The translations under genes were made by a program, and so were the position numbers. The notes under the pieces are model-generated. The model worked only from the letters and a program-made list of their open reading frames with translations. It was not told the origin of the DNA and did no database searches. Below are positions 28,347 through 38,400 of a stretch of DNA of 64,000 bases, one piece after another. Source of the DNA: an uncultured Planctomycetota bacterium (GTDB lineage: Bacteria > Planctomycetota > Planctomycetia > Gemmatales > Gemmataceae); assembly GCA_963849325.1 (NCBI GenBank), contig CAWKHF010000009.1, positions 320,001 to 384,000 on the forward strand, in the 5' to 3' direction. The first letter of the stretch is position 1; each line of letters starts with the position of its first letter.

Positions 28347-31300
28347 TCACTTTGCCACATCCAGGCGCAGCACGTCGCCGTACCCCAGGGCCGGAATCGT
28401 GAGGACAACGCGCCCCTTCTCCTGGCTCACCGGCAATTCGCCGTGGTAGGCGCTGATCGCCTTGGCGATCTTGTCCTCGCTGCGGATGCGCAGCGTCACT
28501 TTTTGACCAACCCGGTCATGATAGTTGGCGAGCGGTAGGATGTATCCTCCCGGCCCTCGGAGCAAGCGCACGTCCACCAGCGCCGGCGTCGCCTCGATGA
28601 TCGGCTGCACGTGAGCGGCCTGGAGCACCAGTTGGAGCAGCGCTCGCGTTCCTCGGTTGAACGCGGTGGGGATCGAGTGCGTATGGGGTCCGCGATCCGG
28701 CACGACCGGCGGTTGCAATGCCGACCAGAGATAAGCCACGCCAGGCAGGGCGGCGACATAGAAGACATGTCCCTTGCCCAGACGCCGCTCTACGATGGCC
28801 GCCCCCTCGTCGTGCTGGAAGCGCGCGAGGACGGTGGCGTCCTTCGCGGGAACGATGCGCTCGCGGGTCGCCAATTGCGGCAGGAGGCCGCCGGGACAGA
28901 CGATCTGGTCGAGCGGCTTGAGGAACGGCAACTCCTGACGCGGCCGGAAGAAAACCGTGTGCTCCTCGCTCTGCCGCTCCTCCAGTCCGAACAGCTTCTC
29001 GAACGCCGGCGTCGGCGTGCGATAGGGATCGTAGCGCCCCGTGTTGGCGGTCGCCAGTACGACGCCGCCCTGGCGCACCCAGGCTTCCAGCGCCGTCGCC
29101 AGGCTCGGCGGCAGGCAATCGCCAACAACGATCAGCACCTTGTAATCCTTCAGCCCCTTTTCGCTGACGTCTTCCTCCATGACGAGGTCCGGCGACGCGC
29201 CCAGGAACGTCAGGGCAGTCCACAGGCCGAGTCGATCCATGTGGGCGTTCAGGCGCATCTTGCGGAAGTTCGGGCCGAACAGGGCGTGTCCGGCGGAATC
29301 CTCGGCGACACCGGCGAAGTCCCAGCGTTCGGTGCTGGCGCTGAGGAGCAGAGCCACCGGCGATGGCACGGGCCGCGACTTCGGCAGCAGGTCTTCGACC
29401 AGGCCGACGGCGTGCGTCACGTCACGGAGGGCGCGATAGCGGGCGTGGTCGCGGTGGTCGATGTGGTTTTCCGTGAAGGTCTCGTTCATGCCGATGCCGA
29501 AGAAGTCGAGCATGGTCGCTCCGTGCGCCAGGTGCGTGAAGGCGGAGCGAAGGAAGTTCGCCTCGGTGTTGCCCGGTGAGTGCGGCATGGTGTACTGGCG
29601 GATCACGGCCTGGGGATTATCGCGCATGCCGGCGCGGAAGTGCTCGGCGATGTAGCCGTTGATCATCGGCCCGGCCTGGGCGACCTGCCAGAAGTATTCG
29701 CTGTGCCGGCCGAGGTCCGCCGCTCCTTCGCGGAACCACTTCACGTATAGGGTGCTGTGCGGATAGTAAAACGGGTGGCACGAGTAGTTCGCCCCGCACA
29801 GCACGTCGTCGCCCAGCGTCTTCTTGACGTCCTTCCTGCCCTCGGCGACGAAGCGAATGGCGGTCTCCTCGTAGAAGAGCAGCGAATCGACGTACAGTCG
29901 AACGTTGGCCGCCGCCGCCGCGGCGCTGCTGTCGGGCCGCATGCGGCCGGGGTTGAACGGACCCCACTTGTCCAGCCAGTACGTGGCGAGCGGGACGTCG
30001 GCCCGGTTGGCCCGCAGCCAATCGAACCACAACTTCGACAACACGTTGATCGGCTTGACCTTCTTGCCCTCCGGCCCGCCCTTCTCGATCTCGCTGTCGA
30101 TGCGCAGCCGCATCCACTCGGAGAAAGCGATCTCGTCGCCGTAGTCGAAGAAGCGGAGTTGTCCTCTCAGGCCGTTGCGTGCCAGCGTCCGCTGGGCCTG
30201 TTCGATGTTGCCGCGCGTCGGCGGGTTGCGGTAGCCGCTGGCCGACCAGCTTCGGCTCGGCGGGATGCCGGCGTCGCGCAGGTTCTGGAGGACGGCCGGC
30301 CCGCTGTGCGCCGGGTGCAGCGAGCGGAAGCCAAGGGCGGCGTACAACTCGGCGTACTTGCGGCCGTATGCGCTGTCGATGCCGAGCGGCATCCAACCAC
30401 CAAAACAGAGAGGTTGCGTCGGTTTTTTGCCGATGGCTGGTGTCTTCTTCAATTCCGCCAGCACGGCGTCCAGTTCCTCAATCGGCGTGATGGGCCGATC
30501 GCCCTTGCCCGGATACGGCGGCAGATAGACCTGGACAATCCCCTCTCCCGATAATTTGCGTTCGACCGTGCCGCCGGTGGGACGGATTTGCACGTCGAAC
30601 GTCTTCGCCGAGCCGCCGAAGCGGACGAGGCTGAAGTGGGCCGTATCCTGCATGCGCAGCGAGACCCATCCGCTGGCGGACCCCGGCGCAACGCCGCGCA
30701 CCGGCTCCGCCTCGCTGACGCCCCACGGAACGCGATTGTAAACGTGAGTGATGGGGAAGTCGGCCGGCCGGTCGCCGCGATTGGTGAAGCGCACCTCGTA
30801 GCGCGGCCCTCGACTGTCGCGGAAGGCGTCGAGCAGCGGATACAACTTCGTGGCCTTGGCGTAATGCTTCCTCCAGGCGTCTTCCGTGTCGCGCGTCAGG
30901 TAGACCAGATCGATGTTGCGGTTGGCCGCCCTGCCCGGTTCTTGCGGTTGCGCCGAACCTCGGAGGTAGATCCGCGCCGGACCCGCTTTCAATTCGGGGA
31001 CCGCGACGGCTTCCGCGAACAGACCTTCCGGTCCCCAGGACGGATCGTGCTGCGCCTTGGCGACGGGTTCGCCAAGTCCGTAGCGCGGACTGTTCTTCGT
31101 ACCCATGACGCGATCGAGGACGTTGCGTCCGTCCTGTTGGACGACGACACGAAAGCGCGCTTCGCAGAAGCCCGGGTACTCGTAACGAACCCACAGCCGA
31201 TAGGCGCCTGTTTCGGGCACCGTTACGTCCGCGAAAGCGGAGGCGCTGTCGTCCTTGCTGTCGAGACCGAGCAGGCGTTCGCCGGAAATGTGATTGAAAC

Positions 31301-31490
31301 CGATGATGTCCACCATGTAATTGCCGTGGCCATTGGGGATGACCTTCCAGCCGGATTCGACGTGGAAGTCCTCGGCTTCGAGGGCGATGGCGGGGGCGAG
31401 GCGGAACGCCGGCTGAGCGAATAAGGGGACATCTGGCCCGGCGACGAAGGAGATCAAGGCGAAGAGAAAGCAGCCTGCCAATCGCGGCAT
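28347..31490 (-). CDS. secreted glycoside-hydrolase-like protein with beta-galactosidase trimerization domain
   Basis: signal peptide, DYGDE, VALL.S, WV.QGG.VLA, LGKG. Confidence 0.65.
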   Translation of the reverse strand: MPRLAGCFLFALISFVAGPDVPLFAQPAFRLAPAIALEAEDFHVESGWKVIPNGHGNYMVDIIGFNHISGERLLGLDSKDDSASAFADVTVPETGAYRLWVRYEYPGFCEARFRVVVQQDGRNVLDRVMGTKNSPRYGLGEPVAKAQHDPSWGPEGLFAEAVAVPELKAGPARIYLRGSAQPQEPGRAANRNIDLVYLTRDTEDAWRKHYAKATKLYPLLDAFRDSRGPRYEVRFTNRGDRPADFPITHVYNRVPWGVSEAEPVRGVAPGSASGWVSLRMQDTAHFSLVRFGGSAKTFDVQIRPTGGTVERKLSGEGIVQVYLPPYPGKGDRPITPIEELDAVLAELKKTPAIGKKPTQPLCFGGWMPLGIDSAYGRKYAELYAALGFRSLHPAHSGPAVLQNLRDAGIPPSRSWSASGYRNPPTRGNIEQAQRTLARNGLRGQLRFFDYGDEIAFSEWMRLRIDSEIEKGGPEGKKVKPINVLSKLWFDWLRANRADVPLATYWLDKWGPFNPGRMRPDSSAAAAAANVRLYVDSLLFYEETAIRFVAEGRKDVKKTLGDDVLCGANYSCHPFYYPHSTLYVKWFREGAADLGRHSEYFWQVAQAGPMINGYIAEHFRAGMRDNPQAVIRQYTMPHSPGNTEANFLRSAFTHLAHGATMLDFFGIGMNETFTENHIDHRDHARYRALRDVTHAVGLVEDLLPKSRPVPSPVALLLSASTERWDFAGVAEDSAGHALFGPNFRKMRLNAHMDRLGLWTALTFLGASPDLVMEEDVSEKGLKDYKVLIVVGDCLPPSLATALEAWVRQGGVVLATANTGRYDPYRTPTPAFEKLFGLEERQSEEHTVFFRPRQELPFLKPLDQIVCPGGLLPQLATRERIVPAKDATVLARFQHDEGAAIVERRLGKGHVFYVAALPGVAYLWSALQPPVVPDRGPHTHSIPTAFNRGTRALLQLVLQAAHVQPIIEATPALVDVRLLRGPGGYILPLANYHDRVGQKVTLRIRSEDKIAKAISAYHGELPVSQEKGRVVLTIPALGYGDVLRLDVAK

Positions 31491-31545
31491 GGGGATTCCT
31501 TCCAGTTAAAAAATCCGAACACGCTTTTCTGTCCCCGAGCGGCAC

Positions 31546-31869
31546 TCAGTAGAGGGGAGTAAACTCTTCAAATTCAAAGCGATTCACGAGCGAGGTTTTC
31601 GCTTCCTTGGGCGTCAGCAAGATCAGCAAGTTGATCTGGTCCCACCATTCTTCCGGCAAGGTATGAATGGCCTCCCAAACCGCTTTGCCGCGATCCGTCT
31701 GATCCTTCCGGGCGAAACGCGGATCGATGACACGGACGCGAACGCACGCCGAGTTGGATCGCTTCACGTCGATTTGGGCACGAGGATGTTTAGCCCCGTA
31801 GGCTTTGGTCAGCTCCTCGCGAAGGTGGCGGACATACGAATCTTCCTGTTTGCGGTTGTTGACACCCAT
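31546..31869 (-). CDS. small HEPN-associated hypothetical protein (putative antitoxin)
   Basis: starts 1 nt after the HEPN stop; VRVRVIDPRF...R...VW. Confidence 0.6.
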   Translation of the reverse strand: MGVNNRKQEDSYVRHLREELTKAYGAKHPRAQIDVKRSNSACVRVRVIDPRFARKDQTDRGKAVWEAIHTLPEEWWDQINLLILLTPKEAKTSLVNRFEFEEFTPLY

Positions 31870-31870
31870 C

Positions 31871-32281
31871 TTAGAACCTCCCGTGCCCCCAGCGGATAAT
31901 CTCCTCCGTAGCGGTCAAAAAGGTGTCCGCGTCCCTCCGCGTTTGGATGGTTGGATCGTAACGAAGGTTCGTCGTCCATCGACTCACATCGGTGAGGGCC
32001 GTGGTTATTGTAGCGGGGAGGGAGACCCGCCGCTGGAGTAATTGCTTTCGCAGCCAATCAAAATCATGTCCATGCACTCCTCGAAACGACTTCATGGTTT
32101 CGGCATGACGAGTTTCCGGCTCGCTCGCCAGGATCAGCGCCTTGAGGATGCACTCCACGGCATATCCCGCCAGGTAAACCGAGGCGGTGGTGTAGTCGTG
32201 TCGCAGCAGGAATTGAACTTCTTGCAGCCGCTGTTCCGCGGCGCGGAAGAAGCGGCGCGGCTCTTTCGCCAGGCGAGCCAT
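31871..32281 (-). CDS. HEPN domain protein
   Basis: YLAGYAVEC.LKA, R-X4-H (RGVHGH), W...LRY. Confidence 0.85.
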   Translation of the reverse strand: MARLAKEPRRFFRAAEQRLQEVQFLLRHDYTTASVYLAGYAVECILKALILASEPETRHAETMKSFRGVHGHDFDWLRKQLLQRRVSLPATITTALTDVSRWTTNLRYDPTIQTRRDADTFLTATEEIIRWGHGRF

Positions 32282-32293
32282 GAGAGCAACCCA

Positions 32294-33316
32294 TCACCAG
32301 CGGAGGACGGCGGTGCCCCAGGCGAGACCGGCGCCGAAGCCGCTGAGCACCGCCAGTTGCCCCGCCCTCAGCCGCCCCTCGGTGATCGCTTCATCGAGGG
32401 CCAGCGGCACGGAGCCGGCGGACGTGTTGCCGTAGCGGTCGAGGTTGTTGAACACCTTGCTGCGCGGGATGTGCAGGACGTCGATGGCGGCGTTGATGAT
32501 GCGAATGTTGGCCTGGTGCGGGATGTACAGATCGACGTCCTGCGGCCGCAGCTCGCTGGCTTGCAGAACGTCCTGGATGGTGTCCGACAGGATGGCCACC
32601 GCCCAGCGGAAGACGGCCCGGCCATCCATGTACATGTAATGCAGACCCTTGCCCAACAACTCCGGCGTCGGCGGCATGCGGCTGCCACAGGCCGGCCGAC
32701 TCAGCAGGTCGCCGCCTCCGCCGTCGGAGCCGAGGCTGAAGCTGAGCAGCCCCTGGTCCGGTCGGCCGCGGGTCAGTACGACCGCGCCGGCCCCATCGCC
32801 GAACAGCGGATACGTCTTGATGTCGGTCGGGTTGAGGATGCGCGAGTTGCAGTCGCCGCCGACGATCAGGGCCGTGCTGCTGGCGCCCGAGGCGACGTAG
32901 GCCGCTCCCGTGATGAGGGCGTACATGAAGCCGGCGCAGGCCGCTTGCACTTCCAGGGCCGCTCCACTGATCTTGAGACGATCTTGCAGTAGGCAGGCCG
33001 TCGAGGGGAACGACATGTCCGGCGTGAACGTGGCCAGCACGATCAGGTCGATGTCCGAGGGCGTGACGCCGGCGTTATTCAGGCAGCGCGTTGCCGCCTC
33101 GTAACAGAGATCACTGGTGGCCTGGTGCGGCAAGGCGTGGCGGCGCTCGAGAATGCCGGTGCGCTTGACGATCCAGTCGGAATCGAAGCCGAACCGCGCG
33201 TGCAGGTGGTCGTTGGTGACGACGGCGTCGGGCACGTAGCTGCCCGTCCCGAGCACACGCACTCCCATCAGACTGCGACAGCGCGGGCGCGGAAGTGGGA
33301 TGCGTTCTTCGCTCAT
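32294..33316 (-). CDS. fabH: 3-oxoacyl-ACP synthase III
   Basis: AACAGF, LFGDGAGA, PHQAN, YGNTSAGS, GFGAGL. Confidence 0.95.
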   Translation of the reverse strand: MSEERIPLPRPRCRSLMGVRVLGTGSYVPDAVVTNDHLHARFGFDSDWIVKRTGILERRHALPHQATSDLCYEAATRCLNNAGVTPSDIDLIVLATFTPDMSFPSTACLLQDRLKISGAALEVQAACAGFMYALITGAAYVASGASSTALIVGGDCNSRILNPTDIKTYPLFGDGAGAVVLTRGRPDQGLLSFSLGSDGGGGDLLSRPACGSRMPPTPELLGKGLHYMYMDGRAVFRWAVAILSDTIQDVLQASELRPQDVDLYIPHQANIRIINAAIDVLHIPRSKVFNNLDRYGNTSAGSVPLALDEAITEGRLRAGQLAVLSGFGAGLAWGTAVLRW

Positions 33317-33442
33317 GAAAATCGGGCCGCCTGCTACGGGACCGGGACCAGACCGCGGGAGTGAGATCGAGCAATCGCACCCAAAAGGTGCGCGAGAGTA
33401 ACCAAGTCGTACTATACCGCTCTCCGCTCCCTTTGGCTAGTT

Positions 33443-33507
33443 TCTCCCCAGCCGCTTGCGGATTAACGAAGCAGGGACCGTCGCGAAGCCGCAAGCGGCT
33501 GGAGAAG
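33443..33507. repeat. REP-like palindrome
   Basis: CCAGCCGCTTGCGG...CCGCAAGCGGCTGG. Confidence 0.6.
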
Positions 33508-33512
33508 CCATT

Positions 33513-34862
33513 CTAGTTCTCCAAATACCCCACCAGGGCTGACAGCGCGTGCTGGGTGTAGTCGATGCGCAAGTTGCCGTCTCGGAACGAGGCATGGAAG
33601 GCGCCGACCAGTCGAGGCCGATACCACTCGGCGAAATGCTGGGCGTTGGCGTCGGTGTACTGCAACCGCACCACGAACTGCAAGCCGCGCTCCAGCACCT
33701 CGGTGTAGCGCTGGTGCCGCGGCACGTCGGCGGCCGACCGCGCCACCCGGCACGCCTCGGCGAGGCTTTCGGCGCAGGCCGCCGAGCCAACGGTCGGCGG
33801 CGAATCCACCGCCTTGCCATCCGACCAGCCCATGAACCCGCCGTACCACGCCAGCCGGTGTGGCTCGATTTGATCGTATTGCAAGCCGCATAGCCAGTCG
33901 TTCATCTCGTAGACGAACGCGGCGAAGGCCGGCTCCTTCGTCTGCGCATACGCTTCGGCACCGGCCGCCGTCTGCCACGGTACGAAGGCCGTGTTGCGAT
34001 GGGCGTTCCACCAGGGGCGATAATACGCCGCCGCCTTGCGAGCCAACTCCACCTTCCAGGACGCCGGCCGGTGCTTCTGGCTGCGCAACACGGCGAACAG
34101 CGCCAGACCCGGGTACTCGCTTACGCAGTCGGTATCGTCTCCTTCCGGCTTGTCGCCGTCGGCGGCGTCGTTGCAGCGAAGCGAGCCGTCCACACGGGCC
34201 TGACGGTGAATCCAGTTACACAACTGCTCCGATTTGTCCAGCAAATCCGGCTGCGGCGCGGGCAACTCGTTGATGGCCAGGACCAGCAGGCCGGCAGCGC
34301 CCAGCCGATTGACGACGGCGGAAGGCAGCGCCGTGTGGCGCTCCTGCGGGTCGGAAGAATCGGTGACGGTCTCGTCGAGCAGGGTCAAGATGGCCTGAGT
34401 CGCTCGGGCGGCGTAGCGTTCCTCGCCGAGGAAACGCGCGGCGCGGGCCAGGGCGAAGGCGGCGCCGACCTGGCGCAGGTAATTATCGCCCTCCATCTCG
34501 GTTTTCAAGGCCGGCAGATAGCCGTACAGGAAGCGGCCCTTGAGTCCGTTGATTCGGTAAAGCCAGTCGGCGCCGCGCTGGCAGCTGCCGAGCATCTCTT
34601 TCTGCAACGGCCCCAGCTTGGAGAAGTCGCGGGCCGGACCTTTGGCGGGCGGAAGGAACGAGGCCGGAGAGAGAGCGGGAGTGTCCTTTCGGGGAGCCGG
34701 ACGGGGCGCCATCGGAGCTTCCGGGAGGGTTGTTTCGGGGGAACGGGCGGCGGGAACATTTGTCGGGACGGGGATGGTGGGGCGGTCCTCGCCCCGTGTC
34801 AGCGAGAAGGTCATGACACCGGCGAGGGCCAGCAGCAGGACGCTGAGGATGCGAATGCGCAT
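33513..34862 (-). CDS. secreted alpha/alpha-toroid-like hypothetical protein
   Basis: signal peptide, G.F.YGY.P, RIDYTQHA. Confidence 0.7.
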   Translation of the reverse strand: MRIRILSVLLLALAGVMTFSLTRGEDRPTIPVPTNVPAARSPETTLPEAPMAPRPAPRKDTPALSPASFLPPAKGPARDFSKLGPLQKEMLGSCQRGADWLYRINGLKGRFLYGYLPALKTEMEGDNYLRQVGAAFALARAARFLGEERYAARATQAILTLLDETVTDSSDPQERHTALPSAVVNRLGAAGLLVLAINELPAPQPDLLDKSEQLCNWIHRQARVDGSLRCNDAADGDKPEGDDTDCVSEYPGLALFAVLRSQKHRPASWKVELARKAAAYYRPWWNAHRNTAFVPWQTAAGAEAYAQTKEPAFAAFVYEMNDWLCGLQYDQIEPHRLAWYGGFMGWSDGKAVDSPPTVGSAACAESLAEACRVARSAADVPRHQRYTEVLERGLQFVVRLQYTDANAQHFAEWYRPRLVGAFHASFRDGNLRIDYTQHALSALVGYLEN

Positions 34863-35040
34863 GGGTCAGGCCTCCTTGCCCACGAGAGCGCACGATGGAT
34901 CGGCGATCCTCCCTCCTGGCGGATCGTCCACGGATGGCCCCACCTCGGCGAGGTGAGACCCCATCGTCAACGCAAGTTATACAGCGCCGGGTCGTAAACG
35001 ATCAATCGGAACCGGGGAGCAAGAGACTCGCATGGGCGGC

Positions 35041-35442
35041 TCAACTCGCCGGAGGAGCCGGAGGAGTGCCGGGAGTCGCCGGCGCTTGGCTCTGGGCCGG
35101 TTCCGGCGGCGGAGCGGCGGGCGGTTCCTGGCCGGGCAAGAGGATGTGACGGATGCGCACGCTGGTGTACGGCTGGCGATGGCCGCGCAAACGGCGATAG
35201 TTCTTGCGGCGGCGGAAGTGCTGGATGTACAGCTTCGTCGAAGGGTGCTCGACCACTTCGCCGAGGACGCGCATGCCCTCGACCATTGGTTGACCGATGC
35301 GCGTGTCGTCGCCATTCTGAAAGAGGAGGACACGACCGAACTCGACGCGGGCGCCCTTGTCGCCCGCACGGTAGTCTACCTTCACCACATCGCCTTCGCT
35401 GACCCGGTATTGTCGGGAACCGTCTTCAAAGACTGCGTACAT
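35041..35442 (-). CDS. rplU: 50S ribosomal protein L21
   Basis: MYAVFEDGSRQYRVSEGD...FRRRKNYRR..GHRQPYT. Confidence 0.95.
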   Translation of the reverse strand: MYAVFEDGSRQYRVSEGDVVKVDYRAGDKGARVEFGRVLLFQNGDDTRIGQPMVEGMRVLGEVVEHPSTKLYIQHFRRRKNYRRLRGHRQPYTSVRIRHILLPGQEPPAAPPPEPAQSQAPATPGTPPAPPAS

Positions 35443-35641
35443 GTTTTCGCTCAACCGTGTTTTCAATCCATCTCTCCGGTTGCCCAGAGAGAAAAAAAAG
35501 GACCAACCCGCCGGAAGCTGTAACAGTAGTAAAGACGGAGGCACTTGGCCAGACGGTGGCAGCATTTCTCCGCACCCGCGAGCCGAAACCCGTGGCGATC
35601 GGCGGCGGGTCCGATTGCCTGGGAGCGCAACGACCGGAGCA

Positions 35642-36352
35642 TCAGCCCGTCCGCAGTCGGCCTTTGGGATAGACCGCGATCACCGACCCGGCCGCGAAGA
35701 CGGTGGACATCGGTGTCGCCTTGTCCAGCACCGCCCATTCCGGGCCGTAGACGCGGACCCAATCCAGATCGATGCGATACGAACGCACGGGGAACACTTC
35801 CCACAGCGGATGAGCTACCTGGTAACGGAGCGGCTGTCCACTCCGGGTCCGGCCGTATCCCCAGTGATGTTCCTTGAAGAAATGTTCGTCGCTGCTCTCG
35901 CTCGGCAGGAAGGAGGGTTTGCCGCCGCGGACACCGAGGACGTTCTCCCGGCCAGCCCAGCGCAGCCGATACTCCAGGCTGCGGCTGCCGGCGTCATCTT
36001 GACAGTGACTTGTCACCGGGGCAGCGAGATAGGGTTCGTGGTAAATCGTCCGCGCCAGCCAGGCGACGAGGCGCTGCGGCACGAACTCGCGCACGAACAC
36101 CACCCCGCGGTCGTCGCCGTGCCGGACGTAAAAACGCAGGTTCAGCTCCGTGAAGTTGCGGAAGCCGGGCCATGGCACGCCGAGGACGCGCATGTTGAGG
36201 AACTCGAAAGCGACGAGACTGACGAAGGCGTCCCCGTTGCGCATGTCGAGCGCCAGGCCGGCCGGAAGGCGCGGCTTGAGCAGGGACGGCGGCACAGCGT
36301 AGGTGGCGAGGAACAGGTTCCGCCATTCGGCGGTCAGAAAGGGGCGGCTCAT
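35642..36352 (-). CDS. DUF2071 (YqjF-like) protein
   Basis: FLTAEWR.L, F.ELNLRFYV, RGVVF, EHHWGY. Confidence 0.85.
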   Translation of the reverse strand: MSRPFLTAEWRNLFLATYAVPPSLLKPRLPAGLALDMRNGDAFVSLVAFEFLNMRVLGVPWPGFRNFTELNLRFYVRHGDDRGVVFVREFVPQRLVAWLARTIYHEPYLAAPVTSHCQDDAGSRSLEYRLRWAGRENVLGVRGGKPSFLPSESSDEHFFKEHHWGYGRTRSGQPLRYQVAHPLWEVFPVRSYRIDLDWVRVYGPEWAVLDKATPMSTVFAAGSVIAVYPKGRLRTG

Positions 36353-36756
36353 GGTGGCTCTCCGCGGGACAGTCTATCGGTCCACTTCTGGAACCGCAAC
36401 CCGAGCGGAATGCTCACGCGAGCATTCGTCTGTCATTCGATGATTTCCGCTGCCATCTGAATGGCGCAGACTGATCCTGCCTCTTTCCCTTCCGTTTTTA
36501 CCGCATCGATTTGCCCGGCCTCTCGCCGCGACCTATAGTCAGAACGGAACGCCCGTGAAAACCATCGCCGCGGATGGCGACAGACATTCGACTGCCGCAT
36601 GAAAGTTCGTACCTGACGGAACTTGGGCTGCGGAGAACAGCAACGGCGCTGCTTTCCGTTGGCGGCTGCGGTGGTCTCCGCCCCCCTGGAAGGACACCTC
36701 CTCCCCTTTCGCCTGGGTCCATGAAACGCCCGACTCCCGCCCGGAGGCGAGTGGTG

Positions 36757-37689
36757 ATGTGCTGGCACGATGGACGCAACCGCGCCGGGTTCACGCCGAT
36801 CGAACTGCTGGTTGTCCTGGCGATCGCCGTGACGCTGATCGCTCTACTGCTGCCCGCCTTGCAGAAATTCCGCGAGGCTGCCAGCGGCTTGACGTGCCGC
36901 GATCGCCTCCGCCGGCTCGCCCTCGCCGGCCATCACTGCAACGATACGCGGCACTCTCTGCCAGCCGGGCTGGGCTGGTTCCCCTCCCCGTTCCCCCCTG
37001 GCGCCTATGGGACCGCCCTGTTCCATCTCCTGCCGTATATCGAGCAGGACCATCTCTACCGGAACGCGGCGATGGGACCGTATTATTTCGCCGCGCGGGA
37101 GGATCTCTTCGCCCATCCCCTCGCGCTGTATCGCTGCCCTTCCGATCCCAGCGTCGGGCCGGGGGGAGTGGTCCGCGACGCGGACGGCGTCACCTGGGGG
37201 GCGAGCAGTTACGCCTGGAATGCCCAGGTGTTTTGCCAGGTCTCAAGCGCCGGCGTTTTTCTCGATGCTCAGGGGCAGGCGCGTCTCGCCGCCGACTTTC
37301 CGGACGGCACTTCCCGCACCATCCTCTTCGCGGAAAAGTACGCCGACTGCGACAACGACAGCTATCCGGCGGGCGGCAACTACTGGGCCTACTGGATCAC
37401 CGGCGCCGGCGTCCGTCCGTGTCATCCGGGCTTCGCGATCTCCTGGAACGGCTCCAGCATCGGACCCGGCTCGAAGTTTCAGTCGCAGCCGACGCCCTAC
37501 CGGGGCGGCTGCGATCCGACGCGAGCCTCGTCGCCGCATCCCGGTGGAATCCACGTCGGCATGGGCGATGGCAGCGTCCGGTGTCTATCCGCGGGCATCA
37601 CGCCTTCCGCGTGGTGGTCCCTGTGTACCCCTGCCGGCGGGGAGGAGGTTTCTCCCGGCGGGGAGGAGGTTTCTCCCGACGGCGAGTGA
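36757..37689 (+). CDS. DUF1559 prepilin-type protein
   Basis: GFTPIELLVV, LLPYIEQ, CPSDPS, DGTS.TILFAEKY, HPGGIHVGMGDGSVR. Confidence 0.9.
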   Translation: MCWHDGRNRAGFTPIELLVVLAIAVTLIALLLPALQKFREAASGLTCRDRLRRLALAGHHCNDTRHSLPAGLGWFPSPFPPGAYGTALFHLLPYIEQDHLYRNAAMGPYYFAAREDLFAHPLALYRCPSDPSVGPGGVVRDADGVTWGASSYAWNAQVFCQVSSAGVFLDAQGQARLAADFPDGTSRTILFAEKYADCDNDSYPAGGNYWAYWITGAGVRPCHPGFAISWNGSSIGPGSKFQSQPTPYRGGCDPTRASSPHPGGIHVGMGDGSVRCLSAGITPSAWWSLCTPAGGEEVSPGGEEVSPDGE

Positions 37690-37750
37690 CGGCGGCTCGG
37701 ACATCCGCACCGCACGGGGTTGTTGGACGACGGCGGGGAGGACGAACGCG

Positions 37751-38221
37751 ATGAGCAGGCGAGGAGGCGCGAGCGGTTCGGCTCGACTCGGAGCGGTGTT
37801 CCTGCTCGGCTCTCTCGTCGTCTCCGGCTGTGGCCCGGAGACGGCGTCGGTGTCGGGCAAGGTCCGGTTCCGCCGACAGCTCTTGAAGAGCGGCACCGTG
37901 ATCTTCCTCGCCGACAATGGGGAAATGTCCTCCAGTCTTCTCGCTCCGGACGGCACCTATCACGTGCCGCGCGTGGCACCCGGGACTGTCCGCGTCGCCG
38001 TGGTCAGTCATCCGGCCGTGCCTCCCGGCTTGCAAAGGGGCCAACCGTTCATCCCCCGTTCGAGGAGCGACCGATCCACAAAGATCCGCGACTCGCGCAG
38101 TCCGTCTATCTTGACCATCTGCACGCCGATTCCCGAGAAATACAGTCATCCGGAAGAGTCGGGGCTTGTCTTCACGGTACACTCGGGCAACGAGACCCTC
38201 GACTTCGATCTGGAGCCATAA
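37751..38221 (+). CDS. DUF1559-associated lipoprotein (carboxypeptidase-regulatory-like)
   Basis: lipobox VSGC, VSGKV, DGTY, IPEKY....SGL. Confidence 0.8.
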   Translation: MSRRGGASGSARLGAVFLLGSLVVSGCGPETASVSGKVRFRRQLLKSGTVIFLADNGEMSSSLLAPDGTYHVPRVAPGTVRVAVVSHPAVPPGLQRGQPFIPRSRSDRSTKIRDSRSPSILTICTPIPEKYSHPEESGLVFTVHSGNETLDFDLEP

Positions 38222-38226
38222 AAACG

Positions 38227-38400
38227 AGGGAATAGGGAATAGGGAATAGGGAATAGGGAAGAGGGAATAGGGAATAGGGATGAGACCCTGCTTTCCTATT
38301 CCCTATTCCCTCTTCCCTCTTCCCTATTCCCTCTTCCCTATTCCCTATTCCCTCTTCCCTCTTCCCTATTCCCTATTCCCTATTCCCTATTCCCTATTCC
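38227..38400. repeat. heptamer arrays (AGGGAAT)n and inverted (ATTCCCT)n
   Basis: directly visible; same unit at 62574-62631. Confidence 0.95.

Noticed and set aside
37635-37676. 21-nt tandem duplication at the DUF1559 3' end
   Set aside because: In-frame local slippage (GGEEVSP twice) with no wider pattern
38227-38400. Possible CRISPR array
   Set aside because: 7-bp tandem units with no unique spacers and no cas genes
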